In this document: positions 1 through 11,155 of the stretch, in pieces
Layout of the letters: each line of letters starts with the position of its first letter
How positions within the stretch are numbered: position 1 is the first letter of the stretch
Source of the DNA: an uncultured Verrucomicrobiae bacterium
Lineage (GTDB): Bacteria; Verrucomicrobiota; Verrucomicrobiia; Chthoniobacterales; JAFAMB01
Assembly (NCBI GenBank): GCA_963846195.1
Contig: CAWJVG010000005.1
Location: 689,677 to 753,676 of the forward strand
DNA: 64,000 nt
Direction: 5' to 3'
Translations under genes and position numbers: made by a program
The notes under the pieces: generated by a model
Seen by the model: only the letters and a program-made list of their open reading frames with translations
Told to the model about the DNA's origin: nothing
The model's database searches: none

Positions 1-8
1 TGTATTTC

Positions 9-776
9 GTGATGCTGCGCAACTCCCTGATCCGGGAGATGAATTTCAAGCTGAATTTTCTCCTCTGGATGATTGTGGAATCGCTTTGGTTTGTGGGGCA
101 GCTCGTCTTTATTGAGGTGATTTTCAGTCAGGTAAACCAGATTGGTGATTGGACGAAATGGCAGATGGTTTTGCTCGTTGGAACGCATCAGATCATCAGC
201 CAGATTTTTCAGGGATTCTTCTTCACCAACCTCGTCAACCTGCCCGAACTCGTCCGAACGGGGAAACTTGATTTTATCCTTCTGCAGCCCGTGGACGGCC
301 AGTTTGCCACGTCATTCCGACAGTTCGGGCTCGACAGCATCGTCAACGCATTGGTGGGCGTCGCGATCGTTACATATTCGTTGTACAGGCTGCACGTGGT
401 CCCGGGCCTCAGCCAGATCGTTCTTTACCTGGTTACGATGCTGCTCGGGGTAACGATTCACTACGCGATCTTGTTCTCGCTTGGGACAGCAAGCTTCTGG
501 ATCGTCCGATCCCAAGGCCTTATCTGGGGTTATTACAACGTAATGAATCTGGCTCGTTATCCCGATGTTGTCTTCAAGGGAGTTGTCAAGTTCGTCTTTA
601 GCTGGCTGATCCCGGTGATCGTCGTAACAAATGTCCCTGCGCGCGTCTTAATGAATGCCTCCCGGACGCCGTGGTGGCTGATTGCGCATCTTCTGCTCGC
701 CTCTGCTCTAATGCTTTTTTTCTCGAGGATACTGTGGCGATTTGCACTGAATCGGTACTCCAGCGCAAGTTCCTAG
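9..776 (+). CDS. ABC-2 family transporter permease (multi-pass membrane protein)
   Basis: 255-aa ORF (GTG 9 / ATG 12) with several hydrophobic segments. The N-terminal LIREMNFKLNFLLW and LDFILLQPVD patterns match what I recall of DUF990/ABC-2 permeases. The cognate ATPase would lie upstream of the window. Confidence 0.6.
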   Translation: MMLRNSLIREMNFKLNFLLWMIVESLWFVGQLVFIEVIFSQVNQIGDWTKWQMVLLVGTHQIISQIFQGFFFTNLVNLPELVRTGKLDFILLQPVDGQFATSFRQFGLDSIVNALVGVAIVTYSLYRLHVVPGLSQIVLYLVTMLLGVTIHYAILFSLGTASFWIVRSQGLIWGYYNVMNLARYPDVVFKGVVKFVFSWLIPVIVVTNVPARVLMNASRTPWWLIAHLLLASALMLFFSRILWRFALNRYSSASS

Positions 777-876
777 AAGCCACACATTTCCCCTTGCACG
801 GCTATCCAATTGCCAGTATATGTTCGCCCTCCTAGTTGGGAACGGTTAGCAAAACAGCAATTCGTTTGTTGAGCGT

Positions 877-1461
877 ATGGCGAAATCAAAAGCACAAAAG
901 AAGGACGCAACGTCGGAGAATGGGCAGGTTGATTCGGCCGAAATCGAGAAGCAGCAGCTCACTTCGTCGGGCATCGACGATGGCGACGAAAAGCTTCCTC
1001 CATTTCTGCGGAAACAAAAAAGCAAATTGCTCCAGCTTCGTGACAGCCTCCTTGATTCAATGATGGGGGTTTCGCGGGATACGCTCCGCTCGCGGGCCGA
1101 AGGCAGTGAGGCGTCCGCTTTCGGAATGCACCAGGCAGATGCCGGCAGCGACGCCTACGATCGCGATTTCGCATTAAGTCTGCTCTCGCAAGAGCAGGAT
1201 GCCTTGTACGAAATCGAAGAGGCGCTCAAACGCGTGGATGCCGGAACGTATGGCGTCTGCGAAATGTCGGGCAAACCTATTCCACACGCCCGGCTGGAGG
1301 CCATTCCCTTTGCACGATTTACGGTGGAATGCCAGACTCAGATTGAAAAACAAAAAAAGGCAATGCGTGTTCGACAGCCTGTCACTTCTCTCTTTGGTCT
1401 GACCGATGAGGAGGGTGGTGAAGGAGAAGAAGAAGATACGATCAGCGATGCGAAAGACTAA
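877..1461 (+). CDS. DksA/TraR family transcription factor with non-canonical zinc-finger region
   Basis: 194 aa. [29 protein letters not shown] aligns to the DksA C4 finger, but only 2 of the 4 Cys positions are Cys. The C-terminal tail is acidic. Confidence 0.8.
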   Translation: MAKSKAQKKDATSENGQVDSAEIEKQQLTSSGIDDGDEKLPPFLRKQKSKLLQLRDSLLDSMMGVSRDTLRSRAEGSEASAFGMHQADAGSDAYDRDFALSLLSQEQDALYEIEEALKRVDAGTYGVCEMSGKPIPHARLEAIPFARFTVECQTQIEKQKKAMRVRQPVTSLFGLTDEEGGEGEEEDTISDAKD

Positions 1462-1466
1462 CTGAC

Positions 1467-1640
1467 ATGCCGAGGGAAATCATTACTCTTGAGTGCACAG
1501 AGGCCAAAGCGGAAGGCAAACCAGCTTCTCGTTACGTGACTACGCGTAACAAAAAAAGCCCGAATACACCAGGCCGGCTGGAGAAGAAAAAATATAACCC
1601 TTTCCTGCGCCGCCGCACTCTTCATCGGGAGGTGAAATAA
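1467..1640 (+). CDS. rpmG: 50S ribosomal protein L33
   Basis: Absent from the ORF track because it is only 57 aa. ATG 1467 to TAA 1638-1640 translates to [57 protein letters not shown], a typical L33. Confidence 0.9.
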   Translation: MPREIITLECTEAKAEGKPASRYVTTRNKKSPNTPGRLEKKKYNPFLRRRTLHREVK

Positions 1641-1643
1641 GTA

Positions 1644-1883
1644 ATGGAACCCAAAAATGCTAAACGCAGATCGAATTTTCGACGTGCGAACCGGATCATG
1701 CCCCGGCGTCGCATCGATATTGCCACAGAGGCGATCGATTACAAAAATCCGGATCTGCTCAAGAAATTCGTGACAGAAAGCGGCAAAATTTTGCCACGCC
1801 GAGTCACCGGGATGCCGGCGCATCTGCATCGGAAGATAACCCGCGAAATCAAGCGGGCTCGTTCGGTTCTTTTGATGAAGTAA
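1644..1883 (+). CDS. rpsR: 30S ribosomal protein S18
   Basis: 79 aa. [47 protein letters not shown] is canonical S18. A GGGAGG RBS lies just upstream. Confidence 0.93.
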   Translation: MEPKNAKRRSNFRRANRIMPRRRIDIATEAIDYKNPDLLKKFVTESGKILPRRVTGMPAHLHRKITREIKRARSVLLMK

Positions 1884-2037
1884 CGGCCAATCCGCTCCCG
1901 TAAGACTCCACCCTTGCGGAAAAGACTATTTTCAGCTAGGTTCCGACTCCCTCTGATTTCGTGAAGGCGGCCTCGAATTGGCTACCCGGATCAGATCAAC
2001 TTTAGGCAACCGTGGTTTGGTGGTGTTTGTAAACGTT

Positions 2038-3717
2038 ATGACAGAAATGCAGGAGCTAATCGCGAAGTCCCTGCGCGATTTTAAAGAAGGCAGCATCGTC
2101 AAAGGCCGTGTATTGGAAATCCGGCCTCGGGAGGTTCTGGTGGACATCGGGTATAAATCCGAAGGAGTGATCCCCGCCTCCGAATTCGACGACATGGGCG
2201 ATGTCGAGGTCGGCGATGAAGTTGAGGTGCTGCTGGAAAAGCTCGAAAACGAGGATGGAATGGTCGTCCTGTCCAAGGAGAAGGCCGCTCATAAACAAAA
2301 CTGGGACAAAATTGTCAAGGTCTTCGAAGGCGACGGCTTGATAAAAGGCAAAGTGAAAGCCGTCGTCAAAGGCGGTCTCACTGTAAATATCGGCGTCGAA
2401 GCCTTTCTTCCCGGTTCTCAGATTGATATTGTTCCGCCGAAGGACCTCCAGCAATTCGTTGGGAACACCTACGATTTTAAGATCGTCAAGATTAATGACG
2501 AACGGAAAAACGTCGTCCTCAGCCGCAGGGAGATCATCGAGCAAGAGCGAGCGGAAAAACGCTCACGATTCCTTGAAACGGTGAAACTGGGCGACACAGT
2601 CAAAGGGGTAGTCAAAAATCTGACCGACTTCGGAGCGTTTATCGATCTCGATGGGATGGACGGCTTGCTGCATATCACCGACATGACCTGGGGCCGACTC
2701 ACTCATCCAAGTGAACTTCTCAAGATCGCCCAGGAAATCGACGTCGTCGTTCTCGATATCAACAAGGAGAAAGAGCGCGTATCGCTCGGACTCAAACAGA
2801 CGCAGCGCAACCCGTGGGACAAGATTGAAGAACGATTTCCGGTGGGTGCCACCGTCCACGGCAAGGTGACCAACCTGGTGCCCTACGGTGCGTTTGTCGA
2901 GATCGAGGAAGGCGTTGAAGGATTAATCCACGTTTCGGAACTTTCGTGGACCAAACGAATCACACGCCCGTCCGATGTGCTCAGTCAAGGCCAGTTGATC
3001 GAAGCCGTTGTTCTCGGAGTCAATAAAGAGGAGCAGAAGATTTCTCTCGGCGTGCGCCAACTCGAACCCAACCCGTGGGACGTCATCGAGCACAAATATG
3101 TCATTGGATCGCGCGTCAAAGGCAAAATCCGGAACATGACCGCCTACGGTGCCTTTGTCGAACTCGAAGAAGGCATTGACGGCATGATCCACGTTTCGGA
3201 TCTGAGCTGGACACGTAAGATCAATCATCCGAGTGAAGTGCTGAAGAAGAACGATGACGTCGAGGCCATCGTGCTGGACATCGATAAGGTCAATCAGCGT
3301 ATCAGCCTCGGAGTGAAGCAGCTAGATTCTGATCCATGGAAGGAAATCGATCAAAAGTACAAAATCGGTGACTTGGTCCACGGAAAAGTCACGAAGCTTG
3401 CCAGCTTTGGCGCCTTTGTCCAATTGCAGGACGATATCGATGGCCTGGTGCATATTTCTCAACTCAGCGAAGAACATGTCGCGAAGGTAAAAGATGTGCT
3501 GAAAGTCGGGCAGGAAGTGGAAGCTCGGGTCATCAAGGTCGATAAGGCGGAGCGTCGTATTGGTCTGTCTATCAAGGCCGCCAACTATTCCGACGAAGAA
3601 CTCCGACGCGAGACAGAGGCATTTGACAGTCTGCGACCGGGTGAAGATATGGTTGGCTTGGAGCAAGCGTTTCAGGCGGCAGAAGAAGAATATCGTCCCA
3701 GTGATCGACGCAAGTAG
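2038..3717 (+). CDS. rpsA: 30S ribosomal protein S1
   Basis: The ORF runs 1978..3717, with a likely start at ATG 2038 (MTEMQELIAKSL). It contains six tandem S1/OB-fold repeats with a recurring G.V...fGaFV...dGLlHiS pattern. Confidence 0.93.
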   Translation: MTEMQELIAKSLRDFKEGSIVKGRVLEIRPREVLVDIGYKSEGVIPASEFDDMGDVEVGDEVEVLLEKLENEDGMVVLSKEKAAHKQNWDKIVKVFEGDGLIKGKVKAVVKGGLTVNIGVEAFLPGSQIDIVPPKDLQQFVGNTYDFKIVKINDERKNVVLSRREIIEQERAEKRSRFLETVKLGDTVKGVVKNLTDFGAFIDLDGMDGLLHITDMTWGRLTHPSELLKIAQEIDVVVLDINKEKERVSLGLKQTQRNPWDKIEERFPVGATVHGKVTNLVPYGAFVEIEEGVEGLIHVSELSWTKRITRPSDVLSQGQLIEAVVLGVNKEEQKISLGVRQLEPNPWDVIEHKYVIGSRVKGKIRNMTAYGAFVELEEGIDGMIHVSDLSWTRKINHPSEVLKKNDDVEAIVLDIDKVNQRISLGVKQLDSDPWKEIDQKYKIGDLVHGKVTKLASFGAFVQLQDDIDGLVHISQLSEEHVAKVKDVLKVGQEVEARVIKVDKAERRIGLSIKAANYSDEELRRETEAFDSLRPGEDMVGLEQAFQAAEEEYRPSDRRK

Positions 3718-3776
3718 TGTTACTAAAAATTGTTTGCAACGAACTCTTATCGGAACATCGTTTCGTTTAAACATTT

Positions 3777-4112
3777 ATGGATAAACCACAAATTGTCGCC
3801 TATTTGAAAACCCATTGCGGCTGGAGCGCTGGTGTCCGGGCGGTCCTGGCTAAGTATGGCCTGCCATATGAAGAAAAAGACATTATCAAGAATCCGGCGT
3901 TTCGATGGGAAATGGAGCAAAAGAGTGGCCAGCCCCTTTCTCCGTGCATAGAAATAAACGGGGAAATGCTGCCCGATATCAGCGGCGAGGAAGTTGAACA
4001 CTACCTTGTAAGCAACAACTTGGTGCAGGCTGACGCTGCTCCTAGCGATGTCCCGCTGAATGCTCCGTGCCCACCCGAACAGCACGAAGCGAACGTCTTC
4101 TTTAGAAAATAG
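3777..4112 (+). CDS. glutaredoxin-like (thioredoxin-fold) protein
   Basis: 111 aa. The N-terminus IVAYLKTHCGWSAGV (C-x-x-S) and overall size resemble the glutaredoxin/NrdH-like family. Confidence 0.6.
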   Translation: MDKPQIVAYLKTHCGWSAGVRAVLAKYGLPYEEKDIIKNPAFRWEMEQKSGQPLSPCIEINGEMLPDISGEEVEHYLVSNNLVQADAAPSDVPLNAPCPPEQHEANVFFRK

Positions 4113-4114
4113 CG

Positions 4115-4133
4115 CACAGGCTTCCGGCCTGTG
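4115..4133. terminator. stem-loop between convergent genes (candidate bidirectional terminator)
   Basis: CACAGGC-TTCCG-GCCTGTG forms a perfect 7-bp stem, read directly. It sits 3 nt after the stop at 4112 and about 40 nt from the stop at 4173. There is no clear U-tract. Confidence 0.45.
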
Positions 4134-4172
4134 TCGGGGTGTTTATCGTGCCGTGGCCCCGGCCCGTCGTGT

Positions 4173-5018
4173 TCACTCCACAAATTCCAGATCCACTTTT
4201 TCCGGGATTAAGCCGTGATGGGCGGCCCGTCCAAGAAACTCGCGAATGGCGTTTTTGCCCGTCGGACCATAATCGATCGTAAAATCGTTCACATACATCC
4301 CGATAAATCGGTCTGCGCCTTCCAGATCCAAACCGCGCGCCAACGGCATCGAATGTTCGACTCCCGCCTTTCGGTGCTTAAGTCCGTACTCGATGCTTTC
4401 CTTCAAAATCTCGGCGACTTCGGCTTGCGTGTTTCGCGGAATATCTTTCCGGATAACGTTGCCACCCAGTGGGAGCGGCAGTCCTGTGACCGATTTCCAC
4501 CAGTAGCCAAGATCGAGTGCAAGTTTGAATCCCTGATCGGCGTACGTGATCTGCCCTTCATGAATGATCAACCCAACGTCCGCTTTGCCAAGCTTCACGG
4601 CCTCGAAAATCTCATCAAACGGTATCGTTACCGTCCGCACTTCCGGGGCGAACAACCGAAGAGCCAGATATGCACTCGTTCGCAGCCCTGGGATCGCAAT
4701 CGTTTTATCATAGAGCCATCCCCGCACGGCCTCCAGGTCGCCCGGAGGCTTTTCCAGCGTGACTAGCATCGGCCCGTAGCCATCGCCCATACTTGCGCCG
4801 CACGGGAGCAAAGAATATTTGTCTGCAAGGTAAGCATACGCATGGATCGAAACGGCCGAAATGTGCAGTTCGCCGCGTAGAGCCCGCTGGTTCAACGTCT
4901 CGATATCCTGCAGGATATGCTCAAATCGGTGCCCGCGCGTGTCGATCTTGTGCTCCGCCATCGCATAGAACATGAAGGCGTCATCCGGATCCGGTGAATG
5001 TCCAAGAAGAAAATCCAT
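4173..5018 (-). CDS. MqnA/MqnD family protein (futalosine menaquinone pathway-like)
   Basis: 281 aa. The LGHSPDPDDAFMFYAM ... DIETLN pattern matches what I recall of MqnD/MqnA periplasmic-binding-fold enzymes. I cannot separate the subfamilies by eye. Confidence 0.6.
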   Translation of the reverse strand: MDFLLGHSPDPDDAFMFYAMAEHKIDTRGHRFEHILQDIETLNQRALRGELHISAVSIHAYAYLADKYSLLPCGASMGDGYGPMLVTLEKPPGDLEAVRGWLYDKTIAIPGLRTSAYLALRLFAPEVRTVTIPFDEIFEAVKLGKADVGLIIHEGQITYADQGFKLALDLGYWWKSVTGLPLPLGGNVIRKDIPRNTQAEVAEILKESIEYGLKHRKAGVEHSMPLARGLDLEGADRFIGMYVNDFTIDYGPTGKNAIREFLGRAAHHGLIPEKVDLEFVE

Positions 5019-5051
5019 AAGTTCACACGCTAACCTCTTTCGAGTGGACGC

Positions 5052-6062
5052 TCAATCCATGTAACCATGGGCGCGCCGCACCTCGTCTTGCATTTCGCGC
5101 CAGGGGGAGTGTTTTTTCGGCGCATAGAACAAATAGGTGATTCCACCGGCAACCCCAAACACAACGAAATATGCGAAACCGATGAGCGAAACCAGGACGC
5201 CGATTTCATTTGGGACGTTGCAGAGATCATTTAGCAGAATCCCCAGGAGAGATTCCCGAAAACCAATCCCGCTGGGCGTGATCGGCAGCGAAATAATCGC
5301 CGTTACGATTGGCATGATTGAGCACATGTCCAGAACCGAGACCCCGGCCCCAAGCGCCTTGGCCGTACAATAGAAGGCGCCGTAAAAAGAAAACAGCACA
5401 GGGAAAGAAAGCAAAAAGGCAAATAACAACGATTTCTTCGAGCGAGCGAATAAATGGTACGCCTCTGAAGTCTCAACGAGACGATCACGAAACGGAAAGC
5501 GCTCCGGCAACCTGTCCACTAGCTTGAAGCCGGTCACGGCAAAGGATCCTGCCGTAATAAGGACGAATCCGATCAGCATGCTGAGTAGAACCCACAATAA
5601 GACGGTAGCTTGCGGAGTCTGCTGGAGCCATTGCCAACGAAGGACGGTCGTCAGAAGCGCCGTCAGTACCAGCGCCGCCATCCCGATGAGGCGGTCCATG
5701 ACAACCGTCAGAATCGATTCTTTCTTTTTATCGGGAAATTCGCGCATCAGATAATACAAGCGCGCGAAATCTCCGCCGGTGTACCCCGGCATGAAAAGGT
5801 TAAAAAATAAACCAACGAAGAAGAGCATGATCGCGCGTCGCCAACTCATGTACATGCCTTGGACACGCATCAGAATCTGCCACCGCACGATGTTCGCGAC
5901 CTCACCGACCAGAGCCACGGGCAGGCCGATCAGAAGCCACATACGGTCGGCTTTGCCAATGGCCCCCGCCATCTGCGCACGTTTTTCGGGGCTGTGAAAG
6001 AGCCAGATCAGGATGGCAATCGTGAAGAGCGCCTGAAAGGTGCGAATAATCGCTTTCTTCAT
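5052..6062 (-). CDS. UPF0104 / lysylphosphatidylglycerol-synthase TM-domain family membrane protein (flippase-like)
   Basis: 336 aa and polytopic. GGDFARLYYL and PSGIGFRE motifs are typical of this family. There is no C-terminal synthase domain. Confidence 0.7.
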   Translation of the reverse strand: MKKAIIRTFQALFTIAILIWLFHSPEKRAQMAGAIGKADRMWLLIGLPVALVGEVANIVRWQILMRVQGMYMSWRRAIMLFFVGLFFNLFMPGYTGGDFARLYYLMREFPDKKKESILTVVMDRLIGMAALVLTALLTTVLRWQWLQQTPQATVLLWVLLSMLIGFVLITAGSFAVTGFKLVDRLPERFPFRDRLVETSEAYHLFARSKKSLLFAFLLSFPVLFSFYGAFYCTAKALGAGVSVLDMCSIMPIVTAIISLPITPSGIGFRESLLGILLNDLCNVPNEIGVLVSLIGFAYFVVFGVAGGITYLFYAPKKHSPWREMQDEVRRAHGYMD

Positions 6063-6408
6063 GGGAAGGATAGGCTCGGGCGAACGCTGCTTTAGGCAAC
6101 TTCCCGACAGAGAGAATCCAGTCGTTTCGGAAAAACCTTTCCAGGATTGTAGCTTTTTCTAATGGCCAACCATAGCCGACCGACCCGCGATGACATCACA
6201 AATTTGTGTTTCGAAATTCGGATCACTTTAGGTCTCACCTGGCGCCCGGCAAAATACATGTTATTTCGGGGACAAGTCACTGAAGGATACCGCGTGATCG
6301 AAAGTGAAATCAACGGAAGACTCGCGACATCCTGCGCTGTGATCCTGCGGAGCCTGGCGTTGGCGTCCTCTTGCAGACCTTCTATGAGCGGTGCAGAGTG
6401 CGGCGCAC

Positions 6409-7695
6409 ATGAACGTCATCGATCTCCGTGCCAAGCAGACCAGCCAATGGCAGAGCCTTCTGTGCCGCAGGTACACCTCCAATGAAAAATTGGTCAGCCA
6501 GGTTTCAACCATCCTTTCGGAAGTGCGGCAGCGCGGCGACCATGCATTGATCGAATTTGCACGACAGTTCGACCGTGTCGATTTCGCTCCGCCCGATCTA
6601 CTTGTCTCAGAGCCTGAAATCCAGGCCGCAACAGGGCTCGTGAAACCCGAACTGGTCAAAGCTTTGGAATCCGCCCGCGCCAACGTGCAGGCGTTCGCGT
6701 CTCGCGGCCTCCGCGTCGACTGGACTTGGAAAAATGCGCAGGGAGCGGACGTTGGCGAACGTTTTGATCCGCTGATAAGAGTGGGCATTTACGTGCCGGC
6801 TGGAACTGCGCCGTTGGTGTCGACCGCAATTATGACGGTCTCGCTTGCCGCGGAAGCGGGCGTTTCTGAAATTGTCGCCGTCTCCCCGGTCGGTCCCGAT
6901 AGAGCGATGAATCCTGGTCTTCTGACGGCTCTGCGACTGGCCGGCGCTACCGAGATCTACAAAGTCGGAGGTGCCCAAGCCATCGCCGCGCTCGCTTTTG
7001 GCACAGAGACAATTCAACCAGTCTACAAGATTTTCGGACCGGGAAACGCCTACGTCACTGAAGCGAAGCGGCAAGTGTTCGGATATGTCGCCGTCGATCT
7101 CATACCAGGCCCCAGCGAAATCATGGTCATTGCCGACCATACCGCTGTCCCACGTTGGGTGGCGGCTGATTTACTTGCGCAGGCAGAGCATGGTCGCGGC
7201 AGCGTGATCTGCCTGGTCGCTCTGAGTCAAGAGGTGCTTGAAGCTGTGCAGATCGAGATCGCTCGACAGATGGGTTCTTTGACGCGCGGAGCTGCCCTGG
7301 GCGAAGTGCTGCAGCAAAACACCCTTTTCATCCTCGCTAAGGACGAGGAGCAGGCGATAGAGATCGCGAGCGCGTTCGCGCCCGAGCACCTTTCGTTGGT
7401 TACCGAGCGCGGCGAAGAAATGGCTAAGGCGATACGGAACGCGGGTGCCATTTTCATCGGCAATTTTTCACCGGTCGCTGCGGGTGATTTTCTGGCGGGG
7501 CCGAGTCACGAGCTGCCTACGGGCGGTGCGGCAAAATCATTTGGCGGATTGACGGTTGACCAGTTCCAGCGCCGGACAAGCATTGTTCGATACGATCGGG
7601 AGGCCTTGAGCAAATCCGTCTCGATTATTTCGCAGTTCAGCCAGGCCGAAAAGCTGGACGCGCACGGTCGATCGGCATCAATTCGTTTCGAATAG
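6409..7695 (+). CDS. hisD: histidinol dehydrogenase
   Basis: The ORF opens at GTG 6391, with a likely start at ATG 6409. Motifs IYVPAGTAPL, GGAQAIAALAFGT, FGPGNAYV, PSEI and AQAEHG are present. Confidence 0.93.
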   Translation: MNVIDLRAKQTSQWQSLLCRRYTSNEKLVSQVSTILSEVRQRGDHALIEFARQFDRVDFAPPDLLVSEPEIQAATGLVKPELVKALESARANVQAFASRGLRVDWTWKNAQGADVGERFDPLIRVGIYVPAGTAPLVSTAIMTVSLAAEAGVSEIVAVSPVGPDRAMNPGLLTALRLAGATEIYKVGGAQAIAALAFGTETIQPVYKIFGPGNAYVTEAKRQVFGYVAVDLIPGPSEIMVIADHTAVPRWVAADLLAQAEHGRGSVICLVALSQEVLEAVQIEIARQMGSLTRGAALGEVLQQNTLFILAKDEEQAIEIASAFAPEHLSLVTERGEEMAKAIRNAGAIFIGNFSPVAAGDFLAGPSHELPTGGAAKSFGGLTVDQFQRRTSIVRYDREALSKSVSIISQFSQAEKLDAHGRSASIRFE

Positions 7696-7704
7696 GACCG
7701 AGCG

Positions 7705-8420
7705 ATGGCGCGGAAAACGCGGAAACGCCGACCTTGGTTTCGCATTGCTATCCTGTTCCTCATAATTCTCGCCCTCATCCCGGCCCTGGAGGTTCTTTAT
7801 GTCCGCTTCTTCAATCCTCCGCTGACCACCCTGATGATATTTCGCCGTGTCGAGGCGTTGATCACCAGGCGGTATCGTGGCGACATTCAATATCGATGGA
7901 TCCCGCTCGACAAGGTTCCTGACGATTTTCTCGATGGCGTCTGGCAAATGGAAGACAGCCGTTTCTTTAACCACGAAGGGTTCGATTGGATCGAGATGGA
8001 GGAGGCAATCCAGCGCGCGGAACGTAAACATCGACCGGTGCAGGGTGTCTCAACCATTTCCAACCAGTGCGCTCGTTCCTTGTTTCTCTGGCAAGGCAGA
8101 TCCTGGGTCAGAAAAGGTTTTGAAGCGTACTATACATTTCTGATGGAACACCTGTTGAACAAGCAACGGATACTCGAGCTGTATGTGAATATTATCGAGT
8201 TAGGGGACGGTATTTACGGCATCGAAGAGGCCGCCGAGCATTATTATCAGGTCCCGCAAAACAGCTGACACGGTCGGAATGCGCGATGTTGGCCGCAATG
8301 CTTCCATTTCCGCGAGGATGGGATCCTCACAACCCTAGCCCAAGGCTTCGAGCCCGTTACATTCTGGTGCTCCGCCGGATGAATGCGGGCGGCCCGATCG
8401 AGCGAAAACTAGGAGACTGA
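7705..8420 (+). pseudogene. mtgA: monofunctional peptidoglycan glycosyltransferase, frame broken near 8256-8268
   Basis: ORF 7705..8268 carries EDSRFFNHEGFDW and STISNQCARSLFLW and ends at ...EHYYQVPQNS*. The -1 frame then continues QLTRSECAMLAAMLPFPRGW...KLGD* to TGA 8418-8420. Adding one A to the caaaac run restores YYQVPQKQLTRSE and a normal length of about 238 aa. Confidence 0.85.
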
Positions 8421-8449
8421 ATCGTGCGCGCGCCTACGCTCTTAAGTAC

Positions 8450-8863
8450 CTAGTGTGAGCGCCGGCGCTTCTTGAATTTCAGAAGCGCCAGCGAACGAGC
8501 GATCGCTCCCTCAATCTCCGACACTTCTTCCGAGTTCAGATCCTTGTTCTGGAGCTCGACTTTGGCACGGTTGATTGCTTCTTCGGCTGCAGACTCATCG
8601 ACCTCCGTATCGGCCATCGCCATATCCGTTAGAATTGAGACCTTGGTCGGCGTAACCTCCACAAATCCTGTTCCCACAACCAGCTCGATCTGCTTCGCGC
8701 CTTGCGTGATACGAACTTCGCCGGGCAAGAGCCGCGTCATTAGCGGCACGTGCAGCGGCAAAATACCCAGCTCACCTTCCACACCGGGAAGCACAACCAT
8801 ATCCACCTCTTCCGAGAAGGTCTTCGCTTCTGGAGTAACAATTTCGAGTTGCAATTTTGCCAT
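8450..8863 (-). CDS. atpC: F1 ATP synthase subunit epsilon
   Basis: 137 aa. MAKLQLEIVTPE...VVLPGVEGELGILPLHVPL is a typical epsilon sequence, and it is the last gene of the atp operon. Confidence 0.9.
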   Translation of the reverse strand: MAKLQLEIVTPEAKTFSEEVDMVVLPGVEGELGILPLHVPLMTRLLPGEVRITQGAKQIELVVGTGFVEVTPTKVSILTDMAMADTEVDESAAEEAINRAKVELQNKDLNSEEVSEIEGAIARSLALLKFKKRRRSH

Positions 8864-8869
8864 CGGAAC

Positions 8870-10297
<1,428 letters not shown>

Positions 10298-11146
10298 CTA
10301 TCCAACGGCGAGCTGCGCCGTCGTAATTTCAAGCAGCTCTGTCGTGATGTTTTCTTGGCGAACCTTGTTGTATTCGAGGGTTAGGTCCTTGATCAATTCC
10401 TTGGCATTGTCCGTCGCATTCTTCATCGCCACCATTCGTGCGCTATGCTCAGACGCCCTGGCGTTGAGCGCCATCTGAAATAACTGAAACGCAATATAAT
10501 GTGGCAATATCGCGTCCAGAACACCATGCACATCGGGTTCGAACAAATACTCGCCACGATTCGGCTCTCCCTCGACATCAAGCTCTTCCGCAGGGACGGG
10601 CAATAAATTTCGCAACACTGGTTGCTGGTTCAAAGTATTGACAAACTTCGGGTACAGCACTCGCACCTGGTCAATCTCGCCGGAAATAAATTTATCCGAA
10701 GCAAACTTTGCGATCGGCCGAACATCGGCGAAATGAACTGTATCCTTCAAAGCGAAGTCAGCAGTCAAATTTCGCCGGGTGCGGGTGACAAATTGTACCG
10801 CTTTTCTGCCCATCACGGCAAATTCCGTTTTTTCCCGGTCCGTATCGGTGAGCTCTCTGAAGAGGCTCGTGTTCAATGGACCGCACAGCCCTTTGTCTGT
10901 CGAAAAGATCAAGATCAGCTCTTTATTCACCGGTCGGACCGCCAGAAGCGGATGGCTCGTCGAATCGACGCGTCCTTTGATTGCCGCCAAAACCCGCGTC
11001 AACATTTCCTGGTACGGTCTCCCGGCCAGCGCAGCGGCTTGTGCTTTGCGCATCTTGGCAGCCGCCACCATCTGCATGGCCTTGGTGATCTGAGCCGTAT
11101 TCTTTACCGACTTAATTCGCCGGCGCAAATCGAGGGTGCTAGGCAT
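10298..11146 (-). CDS. atpG: F1 ATP synthase subunit gamma
   Basis: 282 aa. IKSVKNTAQITKAMQMVAAAK at the N-terminus and ITTELLEI at the C-terminus are typical of gamma. Confidence 0.93.
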   Translation of the reverse strand: MPSTLDLRRRIKSVKNTAQITKAMQMVAAAKMRKAQAAALAGRPYQEMLTRVLAAIKGRVDSTSHPLLAVRPVNKELILIFSTDKGLCGPLNTSLFRELTDTDREKTEFAVMGRKAVQFVTRTRRNLTADFALKDTVHFADVRPIAKFASDKFISGEIDQVRVLYPKFVNTLNQQPVLRNLLPVPAEELDVEGEPNRGEYLFEPDVHGVLDAILPHYIAFQLFQMALNARASEHSARMVAMKNATDNAKELIKDLTLEYNKVRQENITTELLEITTAQLAVG

Positions 11147-11155
11147 CGGAACGGG

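Noticed and set aside
794-822. Sigma-70-like hexamers (TTGCAC-N17-TATATG before the dksA-like gene; TTGACA-N16-GTTAAT at 33366-33393 before the SBP gene)
   Set aside because: The -10 elements are poor, lacking the conserved A at -11 in the second case. Promoter consensus for this lineage is uncertain, so I did not report them as features.
6063-6408. 346-bp non-coding gap and ORF 6162..6485 upstream of hisD, considered as a possible his leader, riboswitch or decayed gene
   Set aside because: There is no His-codon run, terminator/antiterminator pair or recognisable riboswitch core. The ORF overlaps the hisD start and resembles nothing I know. The only feature is a trivial TCCTGCG direct repeat.
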